Below are positions 13,214-25,533 of a DNA stretch of 64,000 nt, in pieces. This DNA comes from Takakia lepidozioides (lineage: Eukaryota > Plantae > Bryophyta): positions 9,238,001-9,302,000 of the forward strand of contig CM060732.1 in assembly GCA_030704615.1 (NCBI GenBank). Direction: 5' to 3'. A model generated the notes under the pieces. That model saw only the letters and a program-made list of their open reading frames with translations, was not told the origin of the DNA and made no database searches. How positions within the stretch are numbered: position 1 is the stretch's first letter; the number at the start of each line of letters is the position of its first letter. The position numbers and the translations under genes are program-made.

Positions 13214-15886
13214 AATATTAGTGAGCATGGGAAAAGGTACACTGGCATACACTGCACTGCACACAGTCTGCTCATGCTATTCTAATGAACCCACACTCAG
13301 CTTCATTACAATGTCACTACAGCAGTAAACCTTAGGACCAAGGTACTGGCCTCACACACATGCAGCAGCGTACAAACATATGAGGACTAAAAGATAGCAG
13401 AGCCCATTGCTCTCAATGCTTAAGTAACTAGCAGTGTAGTTACTAGTAACTACTGTGTCAAGAAAGATGACTCCAGTGTAATCTTGATGAGTCAATCCTT
13501 CTGTGAAAAAAAAAACAAAAAGTCACACACTTATGAGACCAATCAGGCCTCTCATTCGCTGAAACTTCTCGGTGTAATCCACTCCAGCTTTCTGGGAATA
13601 GCCTCGTGCACAAAGCCTGGTCTTGTATCTGTCGACCTCCTCTTCTGCATTGTATTTTAACTTATAAACCCACTTGCAGGTGATCTTCTTTCTTCCAGGG
13701 GGCAGGTCTGTGAGTACCCATGTCTCGTTCTCCATAAGGGAACAATACTCATCATGCATCGCCTCCAGCCATTTTTTTTTGTCTTCCGAGTTCATAGCTT
13801 CATAGAAACTCTCGGGCTCTTCTTGTGTGTTGTTCTCGTATTCAGCAACACATGCTTTGGTCTTTCCAGGGTAGATCCAGTCACCATAGAGGTCTGGTTT
13901 CTTTCTAGTTCGAGGCCCAGTACTTGTGATATCATTCCCTGTCACTGATGACACACACATTACTTGTCAGTATCAAGCCATCTACCACGTCTTCCGCTAC
14001 CATGCGTTGTATCGTCTGACAGTTGACATGACAAAACCTTCGATGCCATACCTCAAGACTTTTGGTTGCTTCACCTTTCGTTTCTCCAACAAATGACCCC
14101 ACAGACGATGGAATAACCTCCTTCTTGGTGTCTGCAATGTACACTTTGTGTTTCGGTGGCTATGGGCTTATGTGCAAATGCCACATATCATCAACTGCAA
14201 TCCCTTGCATGACAATCGCTCCATCATGAATCAGATAACATACAGTCAAGGTGTGCATGGTGGTGCAACCTGCTTTGATCGCTCTTCTAATCGAGAAGAG
14301 ACTTCTCCCAAGGCAGGGAACGTGTAGGACATTTTTCAGCTCTGACATGTGCCATGTTTTACCAATCTTGATGAGGACGTCAATGTCTCCAACTCCGGCT
14401 ATCAGAAACTCAGATTTGCCCACTCCATGAACCATCTCTCGATTCTTTGATGTGTCACAATAATTCTTGAACTGCTGAACGTGCTCAGTCATGTGTTGGG
14501 TGCATCCAGTGTCTGAGATCCACGCATCGCGATGCTCCTCCTCGGCCAACTTGAGATTGGCCATCCATACCTTGAAAGATCCACCAATCTTGGGTTGTTC
14601 TTTCTTGCCTTTCTTCTCCTTCAGACATTCTCTTGCCCAGTGTCCTGGATCATCACAGTTGTAGCAAACAGTAGTCTCCTTCAGCTTTTCAATCTCCGCC
14701 TTTCTTGCTTCTCTCTGCTCTTGGGCAAATATGGGCGGTTGGTTGCACCGCTTGACATTTATCCAGTTGGCTTCCCCTTCATCTTGGCGATGAAAGCCTT
14801 CACTGCCTCTTCTTCAGACACCGGCTTCGATTTGCTCTTCTCGGTCAGAAGTCGAAGCGTTAGAAGCTCAAGATCCTTCGTTGGACCTTCAGGGACGTTG
14901 TCCCAAGCTGATCTAGAATGTTTTAGATGGGGTGGCAGGTTGTACAAGACCTTGGCAATCATAGCTGAATCATCAAAGCTGTTGTCGTTCATGCCTCTGA
15001 GCTACTTGATCACCATCTCGATTCGTCCAAGAAAATCAGCTATGTCCTCTCCCTCCTTGATCTTGCATTTGAAAAAACTCTCCTGCAGCTGATGGATGTT
15101 CTCAGTAGCTCTCCTCTCGTGTATTTGTGTGAGCTTCTTCTAGAAGGCAAAGGAAGTATCACAGCTCATCAAGTTCTTTAGCAGTCTTCTGTCAACGGCT
15201 TGGCAAAATATTCCAAGCGCCTGGCTATCTTTCTTGTCCCAGGCAGCTATCTCAGCAGGAGTGGCTGGTACGACGTTATCCCCAACTGGCTCTTGAATTA
15301 CCGTCTCGTCCACTATAACCCACAACTCTTTGCCACAAAAAATGGCTCTCATTTGGTATTTCCACATGGCAAAACCCTCACCATTGAAACGCTCAATGTT
15401 ACTAAGCTCCTTCCCCTGATCCATTGGATCTTTCTCTTCCCAACTAAAAGAACTGAGACTAAGCTTTAAGATGACGTCGAAAGATAGCTAAACGCACAGG
15501 GATACGATTTGTGGGCCCATAACCTGTTGTTTGTGAGAAGTAGTTAGCAACACTTTCCACATGCAAGCTCAAGAAAGATACACATCTACCAGACACAATG
15601 ACTTGTGTCAGCACCTTACAAGCAAAGTATCATAAAGATTAGAATAACATTAGTGAGCATGGGAAAAGGTACACTGGCATACACTGCACTGCACACAATC
15701 TGCTCATGCTATTCTAATGAACCCACACTCAGCTTCATTACAATGTCACTACAGCAGTAAACCTTAGGACCAAGGTACTGGCCTCACACACCTGCAGCAG
15801 CATATAAACATATGAGGAGTAAAAGAGAGCAGAGCCCATTGCTCTCAATGCTTAAGTAACTAGCACTGTAGTTACTAGTAACTACA
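13214..15886 (-). mobile_element. Internally deleted Ty1/copia LTR retrotransposon; 5' LTR ~15525-15886, partial 3' LTR ~13214-13453
   Basis: A ~240-bp near-identical direct repeat lies at 13214-13453 and 15643-15885. The PBS GGTTATGGGCCCAC (minus strand, 15511-15524) abuts the LTR end. gag, protease, GAG-pre-integrase and RT/RH remnants lie between. Confidence 0.88.
13523..15424 (-). pseudogene. Copia gag-pol remnant: gag + zinc knuckle, aspartic protease, GAG-pre-integrase, RT start fused to RNase H end
   Basis: IERFNGEGFAMWKYQMRAIF (gag N-term); CYNCDDPGHWAREC; AWISDTGCTQHMT (protease); WHRRFCHVN; EEPESFYEAM..WLEAMHDEYCSLMENETWVLTDLPPGRKKITCKWVYKLK..RYKTRLCARGYSQKAGVDY (RT), joined directly to EKFQRMRGLIGL (RH C-terminus). 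Contains stops. Confidence 0.88.
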
Positions 15887-16236
15887 GTTTCATGCACTCT
15901 CTTTGAAATATCGAAATGATAGCGAAAGCCATGTTGTCCTGAAAATTATTGGCATTTTCCTGATGATGGCCCCACAGTAAACGTTATGATTTTATAAGGT
16001 TTCGGGAGACATGTGCCTCTTGGCTATAACCGGTCTAATGGGTCAATTGTGTTGTAGCTCAGACCCAACTGAATGTCTCATATATTTACATCTTCTAGGA
16101 GGAGATTGTTTTTACCTTCATGATAGCAGAGCTGAGAGGCCATCTGTATCCTCCTCATACATTTTGGAGTTTAATAGGCTGTGAAAATTTCAAAGTGAAC
16201 TCTGTCAGTCTTCAGTTTTTTGACTCTGTGAACTAG

Positions 16237-16481
16237 CGAAAAAATGGTTCCCCCAAGCAAACATAGAATTACTGCTAGTGGACACTGCTGGCAAACATTG
16301 GCCTGTGATGTGGTATCCAAAGCATTTGCATATGCATCTAAATGTTGGGTGGAGGCAGTTTTCTCAAGCACAGGACCTCAAAAAAGGCGATGTTTGTGTT
16401 TTTGAGTTGAGAAATCCAATCAGGATCACATTTGTGGTTCATATCTTCAGAGTGGTTGAAATCTGCCTGTATCGGGAATGA
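16237..16481 (+). pseudogene. B3 DNA-binding domain (REM-like) terminal exon or gene fragment
   Basis: KWFPQANIELLLVDTAGKHWPVMWY..HLNVGWRQFSQAQDLKKGDVCVFEL...FVVHIFR matches the B3 pattern W..F...N/DL..GD.C.FEL. No convincing upstream exons were identified. Confidence 0.72.
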
Positions 16482-17979
16482 AGGCCATAGCCATGAGCAG
16501 GCAGTTATTGCCATACAGCTTGAGGGATACTGCAGTGGGAACTGTGCAAATGGTATAGTGCAATCAACTAGTATACTTGATGAGAAGGCCTCTCAACTCT
16601 AAGGAAAGAATGTTGACAAGTGGACCAAGCCCAGTACATCCAACTGCAGTTAGTTATACTAAAGGATAGTTTGACAAGATACAAATGTATGTAATAAGAT
16701 ATAAACCATACAACTCATCCATTTATACTGCAAATAAGATGCATAAAATTTTTGAGCCTGCAAATAATTTGTCAGCCATCATAGCATGACACATTCATAT
16801 TATAAACATTCATATGCAACCAACCTCAAAGCCATTTTTCCCCCAAAAATGGGAACAGAAAAGCAATTTGTTTTATATAAATTCATGAAGACCTTAGGTA
16901 TCTTCATATTATTAATTATAAAAAGTAGAGGTTGAACTTAATATTTGAGAGAATATAGACTGTAGTAAGTGTGTAATATCTGAAATATTGAGTACATAAA
17001 ATCACATGTTAATTCCTTATATGTGACTTACTGAGATTTGAAAAAATTGTTGGGATGCCAACTTAATATTTTCAAAACAATAACTATTTTGTCATAAAAG
17101 TCACATTGAACACATCATTAAAATACCTATCGTAGTAAACATGTCATATAGTTAAAACAAAACCTTTGAGTAAAAGGGCCTCTGTCCCCTTTCTTTATTT
17201 TATTTATTTATTTATTAAACTCCACGGAAAAATGACCCCGCCCTTTTTGTGAAAATTGAATGTAGTTCTCAGAATTCGTCGCTAGTAGTGCGGAGCAACG
17301 CGAAGCCCTAGTTAAATTTTAGCGACTACAGAAGGTCGAGAGCTAGTTTAGCGTAGAGCAGATATAGGGTGCCATAGTGCCACAACATCGTCACCACGTC
17401 ACCGTAGACACGTCATCGTTGTCACGCCACGTCGTCGTCATCAGCCACGTCATCGTCGTCATTTCTGTGTGTAACACTATTTTAACTAATTCTGGACTTT
17501 TGGTTGGTCCAGAAATAATATGAGAAATATGAATAAATAAAATTTATTATTGAAATAAAGCGATATATATGATTATTTTGGTTATTACATTTCTACTGCC
17601 TGCATTCATTAAGCATCAACAGATCGTCCTCCTCCTACTATTGTGGTTTTAGAAGTACATCCACTGCCAAGTTGACGTTCGCGAAAAAAATGGGAGGATA
17701 CAATAAATTACACCATGATGTGAGGTCAGATATGTAAAACTTTTTGCACAAAATGGTTGCCATATCAGATGACATACAAAACCAAACATAGAACAATCAT
17801 GGCATGTGATGAAGAGGATGACATGAAAGAATGTGTCCGCATACATTGATGATAAACATTCATATTTTATTAGAGATTGCAACTTTGGCATTGCAGTTAG
17901 ACATAATGTAACGTCAACTATATATACATCCATTGGACTTAATGTTATCTAGCGGCTCGAAGCCATACAACGGCTTACA

Positions 17980-19140
17980 CTAACCCATTAATATTACAGA
18001 GCCTCCTCCCAAACGGCTCGCAGTCAAGGCATGTGTTCGAAGACGCCTCCGGTTACCACAACCACTTGCAACGGTCTCCGCACCAGAGGAAACGGAAATA
18101 CTTTCGGAGAACTCGAACCTAGTAGTAACATTATCATCCGAAATGTTACTTGGAACTCTACTTGATGAATCTCTTGATGTCCTTGAAGCCCGCCATTCTT
18201 GCCAATCACGAAGCTCTTCTTCTTCTTTTCGAATTCGCTCCTTGAATGTGACTGGGCAAAACAATTTTTCATATGACAAATGTCAGCTGAAATGTGGAAC
18301 ATTTGTAGAAAAAATGATAAAGTAAAAGTGCAAGTGGAAGACACTTTCAAGATCAAATTCTCCATAAACAACAAATAGTGGGATAAGTCATACCAAGGTA
18401 ATCAAGTTCCTTTTGTTGTGGGATCCAAACACGAGGATCAACATATCTTCCATACCAAGCCCAGTAGGCATGTGTCGCGACCAATATACTTACGAGAACA
18501 CTTGGCAGGGTTCTCGCTGATGTAATCTACGACTGTTGAAGTTACAGCCATTTTCAATATATATGGCCACACAATTTTTGTCATATCATCCTGGTCAACC
18601 AAGCCTTTTGGTGATGGCTTGTATGAAATAGGGAAGAATCCAGTATTTGGTGGGTTTCGGAGGCCCTTTGATGGCTCATCATCGACAATGAGTATTTGTC
18701 CCTGCGTTGCAAAAGGTGTATCAGGGTACTTGGCAAGAACAGTGCGAATATCCTTAATGAGATATTTCATCCCAGGCATGATGTAATCGGTTGTGTCTTT
18801 GCAATCCTCAGCTGACCAGATGAAGCAAAACTTCTTCGCAATTTCGTAGGAACTAAGCACTCGAGCATCCTACAAAGAACATCTCTTTCAGCACATGACC
18901 AGATCGCCACGTGAAAATGCATGAACGCAAGGTTGAGAAACTCCAAGACTCCGGGCCGGGGAACCACAAAAGGTCTGTCGGGAACATGAACTGTAACTTT
19001 CCTGAAACGAAATCTCTCCTTAAACAATTCACCGTCGGTTGGAGATGGCCGGTAGCAGAGGAGTCCGTTGACACTCAATATTAACAACATCCGTTTCCTC
19101 TTCCCCGATGTGGCAAATGAAGGTTGATGGACGATGCCAT
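17980..19140 (-). pseudogene. FCP1/NIF (HAD superfamily) phosphatase-like gene remnant, frameshifted, lacking the catalytic Asp
   Basis: LLILSVNGLL, RPGVLEFLNLAFMHFHVAIWSCA, FIWSAEDC, KDIRTV, ILIVDDEPSKGLRNPPNTGFFP. Frameshifts at ~19095 and ~18835. A probable GT..AG intron at ~18288-18391 precedes a charged C-terminal exon. Confidence 0.78.
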
Positions 19141-19431
19141 CCTGCGCAATTTAAGTGTTCTCGCCGTCAGAAACAACACGATGTAGTGTTTCTTAGTTTT
19201 AGAGTGACCTCTATGTTTTTGGAGACATAAGTGTCCCAACAATAGACTACTGTAAAGGACCAAGAGTAGACCATATATCGAAGAGTTCGAGATCACGAAA
19301 AGATGAACGTCGGCTGTCAAGTGGAGGTTAGTGGACGCACCTTGTCGGGAGGGCGCATAGAGAGTTACTGCTCCATACTCGCTTGTATAAAAATTACGGA
19401 GTTAGTTTGGGACCGCAAAACAAACTGCAAA

Positions 19432-20156
19432 TGTCGCGGCCCTTTGCCTTGAGGGCAGGGGGTCGGGTCGCAGAGGGGCTGCCCCTGTGGTGGGGGCGGT
19501 GGCAGCAATAGGTACGGGGGGCTGAAGCAACCTCGAGTGCCCAAAACACTAGAGGAGGCGGAGGCACTCACTAGGTGGAGCCCCGCACACCGGGTTGCGG
19601 TGGGGGTGGCTCCACAAGGGATGGTGGTAGCTTAGTGGAACTTAGTGGGGGTGGCATAGGACTCACCATGGGGGCGGAGACCTCGTGGTGGGAGTCGTGG
19701 GGAGTCTTGGGACTCATCATGGTCCAAGGGGACCGTGGTGGGTGGGCCAAGACTCACCGCAAACTCATCACCGGGAATCAAGGGTTTTCGTGGTGGTTCG
19801 CCATAAAATGGTGGTGTTGTTTGTGAAACCCCCGCGGACAGTCACAGAAGTATATATAGGGAGTAGTAACCCCGAGAACGGTGCAAGCCCGTTGGTGTCC
19901 AAAAACTAGTGAGTAAGCGTGCGAGCCGGAAAGCGACCAAGGTGCAAGGAGCTATTCCGGCTGCCATCGACCAAAGGGAATTTCCACTAGGCCCAAATTG
20001 GGAGAGGGTCTAGTGGAGGAGTAAAGGGGGACCGTTATGCCCCGGTGAGCAGCCGAAGCTCCGGGTTGGCCCGGTGGCCAGTTTGGGAGTTAGGCGCGCG
20101 CATCAAGCGAGTAACTATGACTTGAGGAGGAGCTTACCGAAGTGAGGTGCGCGACA
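19432..20156 (+). repeat. 5' LTR of chromovirus
   Basis: Direct repeat of 25534-26256 with TG...CA ends, followed by the tRNAiMet PBS. Confidence 0.95.
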
Positions 20157-20210
20157 CTTGGTATCAGAGCTTAGAGTTCAGTACGCGATCGTCCTTGGGA
20201 TCGGCCTCAT

Positions 20211-23200
20211 CATGGGGTCGGGCAAGCCAAAGCGAAAGCGGAACGGCCCGAAGGATAATAATCCTGGTGAGCCCGATGGGGGCGACGTGTCACCGAAGCG
20301 GCCATTTGAGGAAGCGATTCATGCCTTTGGAAGCGAGGCCGCTCAAGGATTGGAGGAATCTGAGGAGTCGGAGCCCGAGGAATCCCTGAGAACTCCGACA
20401 AACCAACAGATGTCTCCCATGCCAACAGCTTTTTGAGAAGGGTTGTTGGCGCAGTTTGGTGGGACGTTGAAAGACGTGTTAAAGGCGACTAATGCCACTT
20501 CCACTAAGGCAAAGTTTAAGGTGAAGCCTAAGGAACCCGGCAACTTCGAGGGCGTCCGAAATCGGAAGGCACTCAACACCTGGCTTTTGGAGGTAAAGCA
20601 GTACTTCCGGGCAGCCAAGTTGGATGATGAGGATCGGGTGGAAGTGGCTCCCACCTATTTGAGGGGCTATGCTAAACAATGGTGGCAGAAATGCCTTCAC
20701 GACTGAGGTCCAAACCCGGAGACCTTGAACTGGAGTGGGTTCAAGGAACTCATGAAGAGACAGTTTGTGCCCCTCAACGCGTCTTGGCTCGCCCGGGACA
20801 AGATGAGGAATTTGAAGCAAACGGATGACATTCGGGGATATGTTCAGGCTTTCAATGTGTTGTTGCTCGAAGTCGCGGACATGGCAGAACCAGAAATGGT
20901 CTTCAACTTTGTGGTGGGACTGGCCCCATGGGCCAGACGGAAGTTGGAGGAGAAGCCACCTAAGACTTTGAACGAGGCAATTGAAAGGGCTGAATGTTTC
21001 TCGGATGTCCCTATGGGCGAAAGACAAGGCCGTACGGAGCTGAACCACAAGAAGGTCCGGCGGGAAGGTGACTCCTTCCGACCGGAAAAGAAGTGGGATA
21101 GGCCACGCGGCGACAATGGCACATGGAAATCGAAGGGAAGGCCCTCACACGTCAAGACGACACTCGGTGCCCCGAAAGGGAAACCAGGTGCGGCGGCTTA
21201 TGGCGGACAGAAGGCGACCTTCGATGGAGTGTGCTTTAATTGCGGGGAGCCCGGGCACATGGCCAAGAAGTGTACAAATCCCCGACAATTGAACATGACT
21301 CGGGCAACCACGGAGTTATCCGAAGCCTCCATCAGCCGCTTGGTGGAGGCGGTGGTCGCCAAAACTTGCAAGGTAGGCAACTACTCTTGTGAGTTGTATC
21401 ATGAACTGGCGCCTTGCGTAAAGGGAGTTAGTTAATGTTTGTGAGTGGGATAATCTCCAAAACTAACGTATCGTTGTTGGTGGACACAGGAGCGTCGCAC
21501 TCCTTCATGACACCGGCAACGGCACGGAAGCTGGGACTCCCGACAAGTGATGTGGGGGCCTCGATTGAGGTGCGTTCTGCTAAAGGAGAACCACAATTGG
21601 CGACGAGGTTGGCGTTCGATGTTCCTCTTCAGTTCGGGAGTTGGGAGGGACGTGAGAACTTCACCATTTGCGAGATCGATGGAGTGGATCTCATTTTGGG
21701 GATGACCTTTTTGAGCAGATCCGGAGCGGTCATAGATGGCCGCAAAAGAGTAGTCACGCTACCGTGTGGGAATGGTGGCGAAGTTTTACGAGTGTCGGAA
21801 ACGCCCAACCCCGTGGGAGGGCGAATAAACCTTCTATCAGCAAGGGAGTGGGCCGTGGAGGAGCCACACGAGCCCCAGTTTTTGCTTTACGTAAGACAAG
21901 TGAAGGAAAAAGGCGATGGGGAGCCGAGCCCAGATTGGATCAAGGGGATTTTGGAGAAATATCAGGATGTGATGCCGGAGGATTTACCAAGCAGCTTGCC
22001 ACCGCAAAGAGGAGTTGACCGCAAAATTGAGGTGATACCGGGATCGGAGCCGCCTGCCAAGGCACCCTACCGGTTGAGCCACAGAGAGTTGGTCGAGCTG
22101 AAGACTCAGCTCAAGGATCTAATGTCAAAGGGGTACATCCGGCCGAGTAAGTCACCTTACGGAGCCCCGGAGCTATTCGCAGACAAGAAGGATGGGACGC
22201 TGCGGATGTGTGTCGATTACAAGGCTCTAAATAAGGTGACTATCAAAAACCGATACCCTTTGCCGATCGGTTGGCAGAAGCGAAGTATTTCAGCCGGATC
22301 GATTTGCGCTCCGGATATCATCAATTTCGAGTGGCGGAAAGAGATGAGGAAAAGACCGCGTGCAGGACAAGGTATGGTTCCTATGAGTTCTTGGTGATGC
22401 CCTTTGGGCTCACCAACGCACCCGCAACCTTAGCACGCTAATGAACAGCCTTTTCCAGGAGTGGTTGGACGACTTTGTGATCGTGTACATCGACGACATC
22501 TTGGTGTACTTGAAAACAAAGGAAGAACACCTGGAGCACCTCAAAAGGGTGTTCCAGAAATTACGGGAAGGGAAGTTGTATGCCAAAGCTTCAAAGTGCG
22601 AATTTGGGGTCACAAAAGTGGAGTTCTTGGGGCATGTGATTACACAAGATGGGATCAAAATGGATGACAGAAAGGTGAGAGCAATCTTGGACTGGGAGCC
22701 TTCGACTTCGATCCCAGGAGTGCGATCCTTCTTAGGACTCGCCTCCTATTACCGAAAGTATGTGAGAAATTTCGTCAAGATCGCGGGCCGCTGTCAGACC
22801 TCCTATGTAAATCCAAAGTCTGGGTATGGAACACCTTTTGTGGCCAAGCTTTTGCCGAGTTGAAGCAGCGGATGGCGGAAGCTCCAGTCCTGAAAATCCC
22901 GGAGTTCGAACCCATTTGAGATTTATACGGATGCGTCGGACTTCGCGATTGGAGGTGTACTCATGCAGGAAGGACGTCCAGTGGCTTACGAAAGTAAGAA
23001 ACTGAATGAAGCGGAGCGGCGATGGCCAACGCACGAGAAAGAAATGAAGGCGGTGGTGCATTGCCTTGAGCTTTGGCGCCACTATATTGGCTCCAACCCG
23101 GTGAAGGTGTTCACGGACAATGTCACGGTGAAGTATTTTGCCACGCAGCCTAAGTTGTCCCCAAAACAAATTAGGTGGCAAGACACTTTGGCACTGCTCA

Positions 23201-24732
23201 ACGTGGATATCCAGTACAAACCGGACGGCAATGTGGTGGCCGATGCTTTAAGTAGAAAGCAGCAGCTCATGATGGTGTACAAGGGCGAGACGGCGCTCCA
23301 ATGGAAGATTCGGAAGGCTTACCGGAAGGATGAGATGACAAAGTCCGTGACGCGGGACTTGAGGATAGGGGTTAAATCGCAGTTCCACTTGCAAAATGGA
23401 CTGCTCCGGTATAAGCAAAAACGTCTTTATGTGCCGATGGGAGGGATAAGAGATAGTCTCTTGAGAGAATGCCATGATGGCCCGCTTGCGGGCCACGGCG
23501 GAGCCAAGCGCACCGTGGCACTCTTGAAGAAAGAGTATTTTCTGGCCCAAACTGAGGGAGGAGGCCGAGGAGTATGTCAAGACATGCACCACATGCCAAC
23601 AAAACCGGAGCGAGTATAAAAAGCAAGCGGGGCTGTTACAACCCTTGCAGATTCCAGAGGGGTCTTGGGAAAGTGTCTCGATGGACTTCATGACTGCTAT
23701 GCCGCTGTCAAAATGATTCGACGCAATCATGGTGGTGGTGGATAGGTTCAGTAAAATGGGTCATTTCATCCCCACCAAGGAGACGGCAACGGCGCAGGAG
23801 ACGGGGCGACCTGCGCCCACGTCTTCAAGCATCATGGACTCCCGAAGGATATTGTCTCGGACCGCAATCCAAAGTTTACTACTAAATTTTGGAGGGTACT
23901 TTGGAAGAAAATGGGGACGAGGCTCAAAATGAGCACCGCCTTCCGACCTACGACAGACGGCCAAACAGAAAGGGTGAATTCCGTGGTGAAGCAGATCTTG
24001 CGGAATTACGTGTCGGCAGACCAATCGGACTGTTGGATGCGGCAGAGTTCTGTTATAATAACACAAAACATTCCGCAACAGGAGTTTCCCCTTTCGTATT
24101 GGTCTATGGAAAAGCACCTCTGGTGCCGACAAGTTGGGCCGCCCAAGATGTTGAGGAACCGGCAGCAGCGACAGTGCTGGAAGAACGCGAGCGTTTGTTG
24201 AAGCTCGCAAAGTACAACATTGTCAAAGCTAGGAAACGGTATGAACGGCAGGCGAATCGAAGCGGAGGGAGGTTAAGTTTGAGGCAGGCACGGAGGTCTG
24301 GTTGAACATCAAAAAATTTCGACTACCTCCGGAAGTGAGTCCGAAGTCGTACCCCCATATGCGGGACCCTTTCGCATCCGGAAGGTTATGAATGAGGATG
24401 TGTATGAGTTGGAGCTGCCCGGCAAACAGCAAGTGCATCCGGTATTCCACGTCTCCCTTTTGAAGCCTTACTTCAAAGATGAAGCGCGTCCGAATCGGCC
24501 TCAAGTGTTGCGTCCGCCACCTGTGCTGTTGGATCATGAAAATGAACCTGAGTACGAGGTGGAGGCAGTGCTTAAGTCGAGGAGGTTCAAGAATCAAGAA
24601 ACGGAGTATCTCGTGAAATGGAAGGGCTATCATCATGTGGAGGCATCTTGGGTGCGTGCCTCAGAAATGGGAAACGCATCCGAGGCGGTTGCAGCTTTCG
24701 AAGGGCAACCTCAAAAGCGGAAGAAGCGTTGA
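20211..24732 (+). pseudogene. Chromovirus gag-pol: gag, CCHC knuckle, protease, RT, RNase H, integrase (HHCC, GPY/F), chromodomain; multiple stops and frameshifts
   Basis: KPKEPGNFEG..WLLEVKQYF; CFNCGEPGHMAKKC; [10 protein letters not shown]; [21 protein letters not shown]; VYIDDILVY; TDASDFAIGGVLMQEGRPVAYESKKLNEAERRWPTHEKE; ECHDGPLAGHGG; AGPFRI..YELELP..VHPVFHVSLLKPY; EYEVEAVL...EYLVKWKGYHHVEASWV. Confidence 0.95.
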
Positions 24733-25533
24733 TGGGGACATCAACCTTAGAGCGTGGGGGAGGAAATGCATGCTTAGCCCGGCTTAGCTAGCTCAGGAAT
24801 CCAATTGCAAAAACTTGTATTGTACAAATTTTGTTATAAAAGAAATGGTTTCCAAATGTTGTGCTTCCTATTTTGTTTGGAATGGTGATGCATGGTATAG
24901 TTGGCTAGTGTGTAGAATGCATGCTAAACTTACAAAGTGGGAGAGGTAAAATGGATTAATCGTGTGTTTGTGTAGTGCCAAAATCGGGTGACTCCCACCC
25001 AAGGGGCAAGGAAACTTGCACCTTCATTGGGAGTTCACATGCTAGTGCGCACCTGGCGCCTGTGCGTACTATAACTGCGCTACCGAGGGGGTTGCCTTGT
25101 AGTGCTGGCTAATGCGGAAGCTACGTGCTTTTGTTCACGTACTAATCGTGTAGCCTCGGGACGAAGTCGTAGTGCGGCTGCGGCGTGTTCCCGTACCTCA
25201 GGCCAGCATTCCAAAGCGGACCCAATTGTAGTGATTGAGGCGCACGGTTGGGTCAAGGTTATCTTCCTAGTCAAAAAGGGTTCAAGGCGAACCCTTGCTC
25301 AAGGTGATGCCAAAAGCGACATCACGAGCGGTCGCAAGCAAATGTTGTTGCAGTAAGGCGATTCTTGGCCCTGAAGTGGTTCAAGAAGAGTGCACTGGGA
25401 GGAGCTTGAGAGGCTCCACCCTTGGTCGAGACTTGGAGGAAGTCGGCCGAACTAGATGCCCACAACTTGGATGTTCGTTTCTACAAAATGGACAAGTCGA
25501 TGAGGACATCGACTCCCTGTTGGTAGGGGTGTG

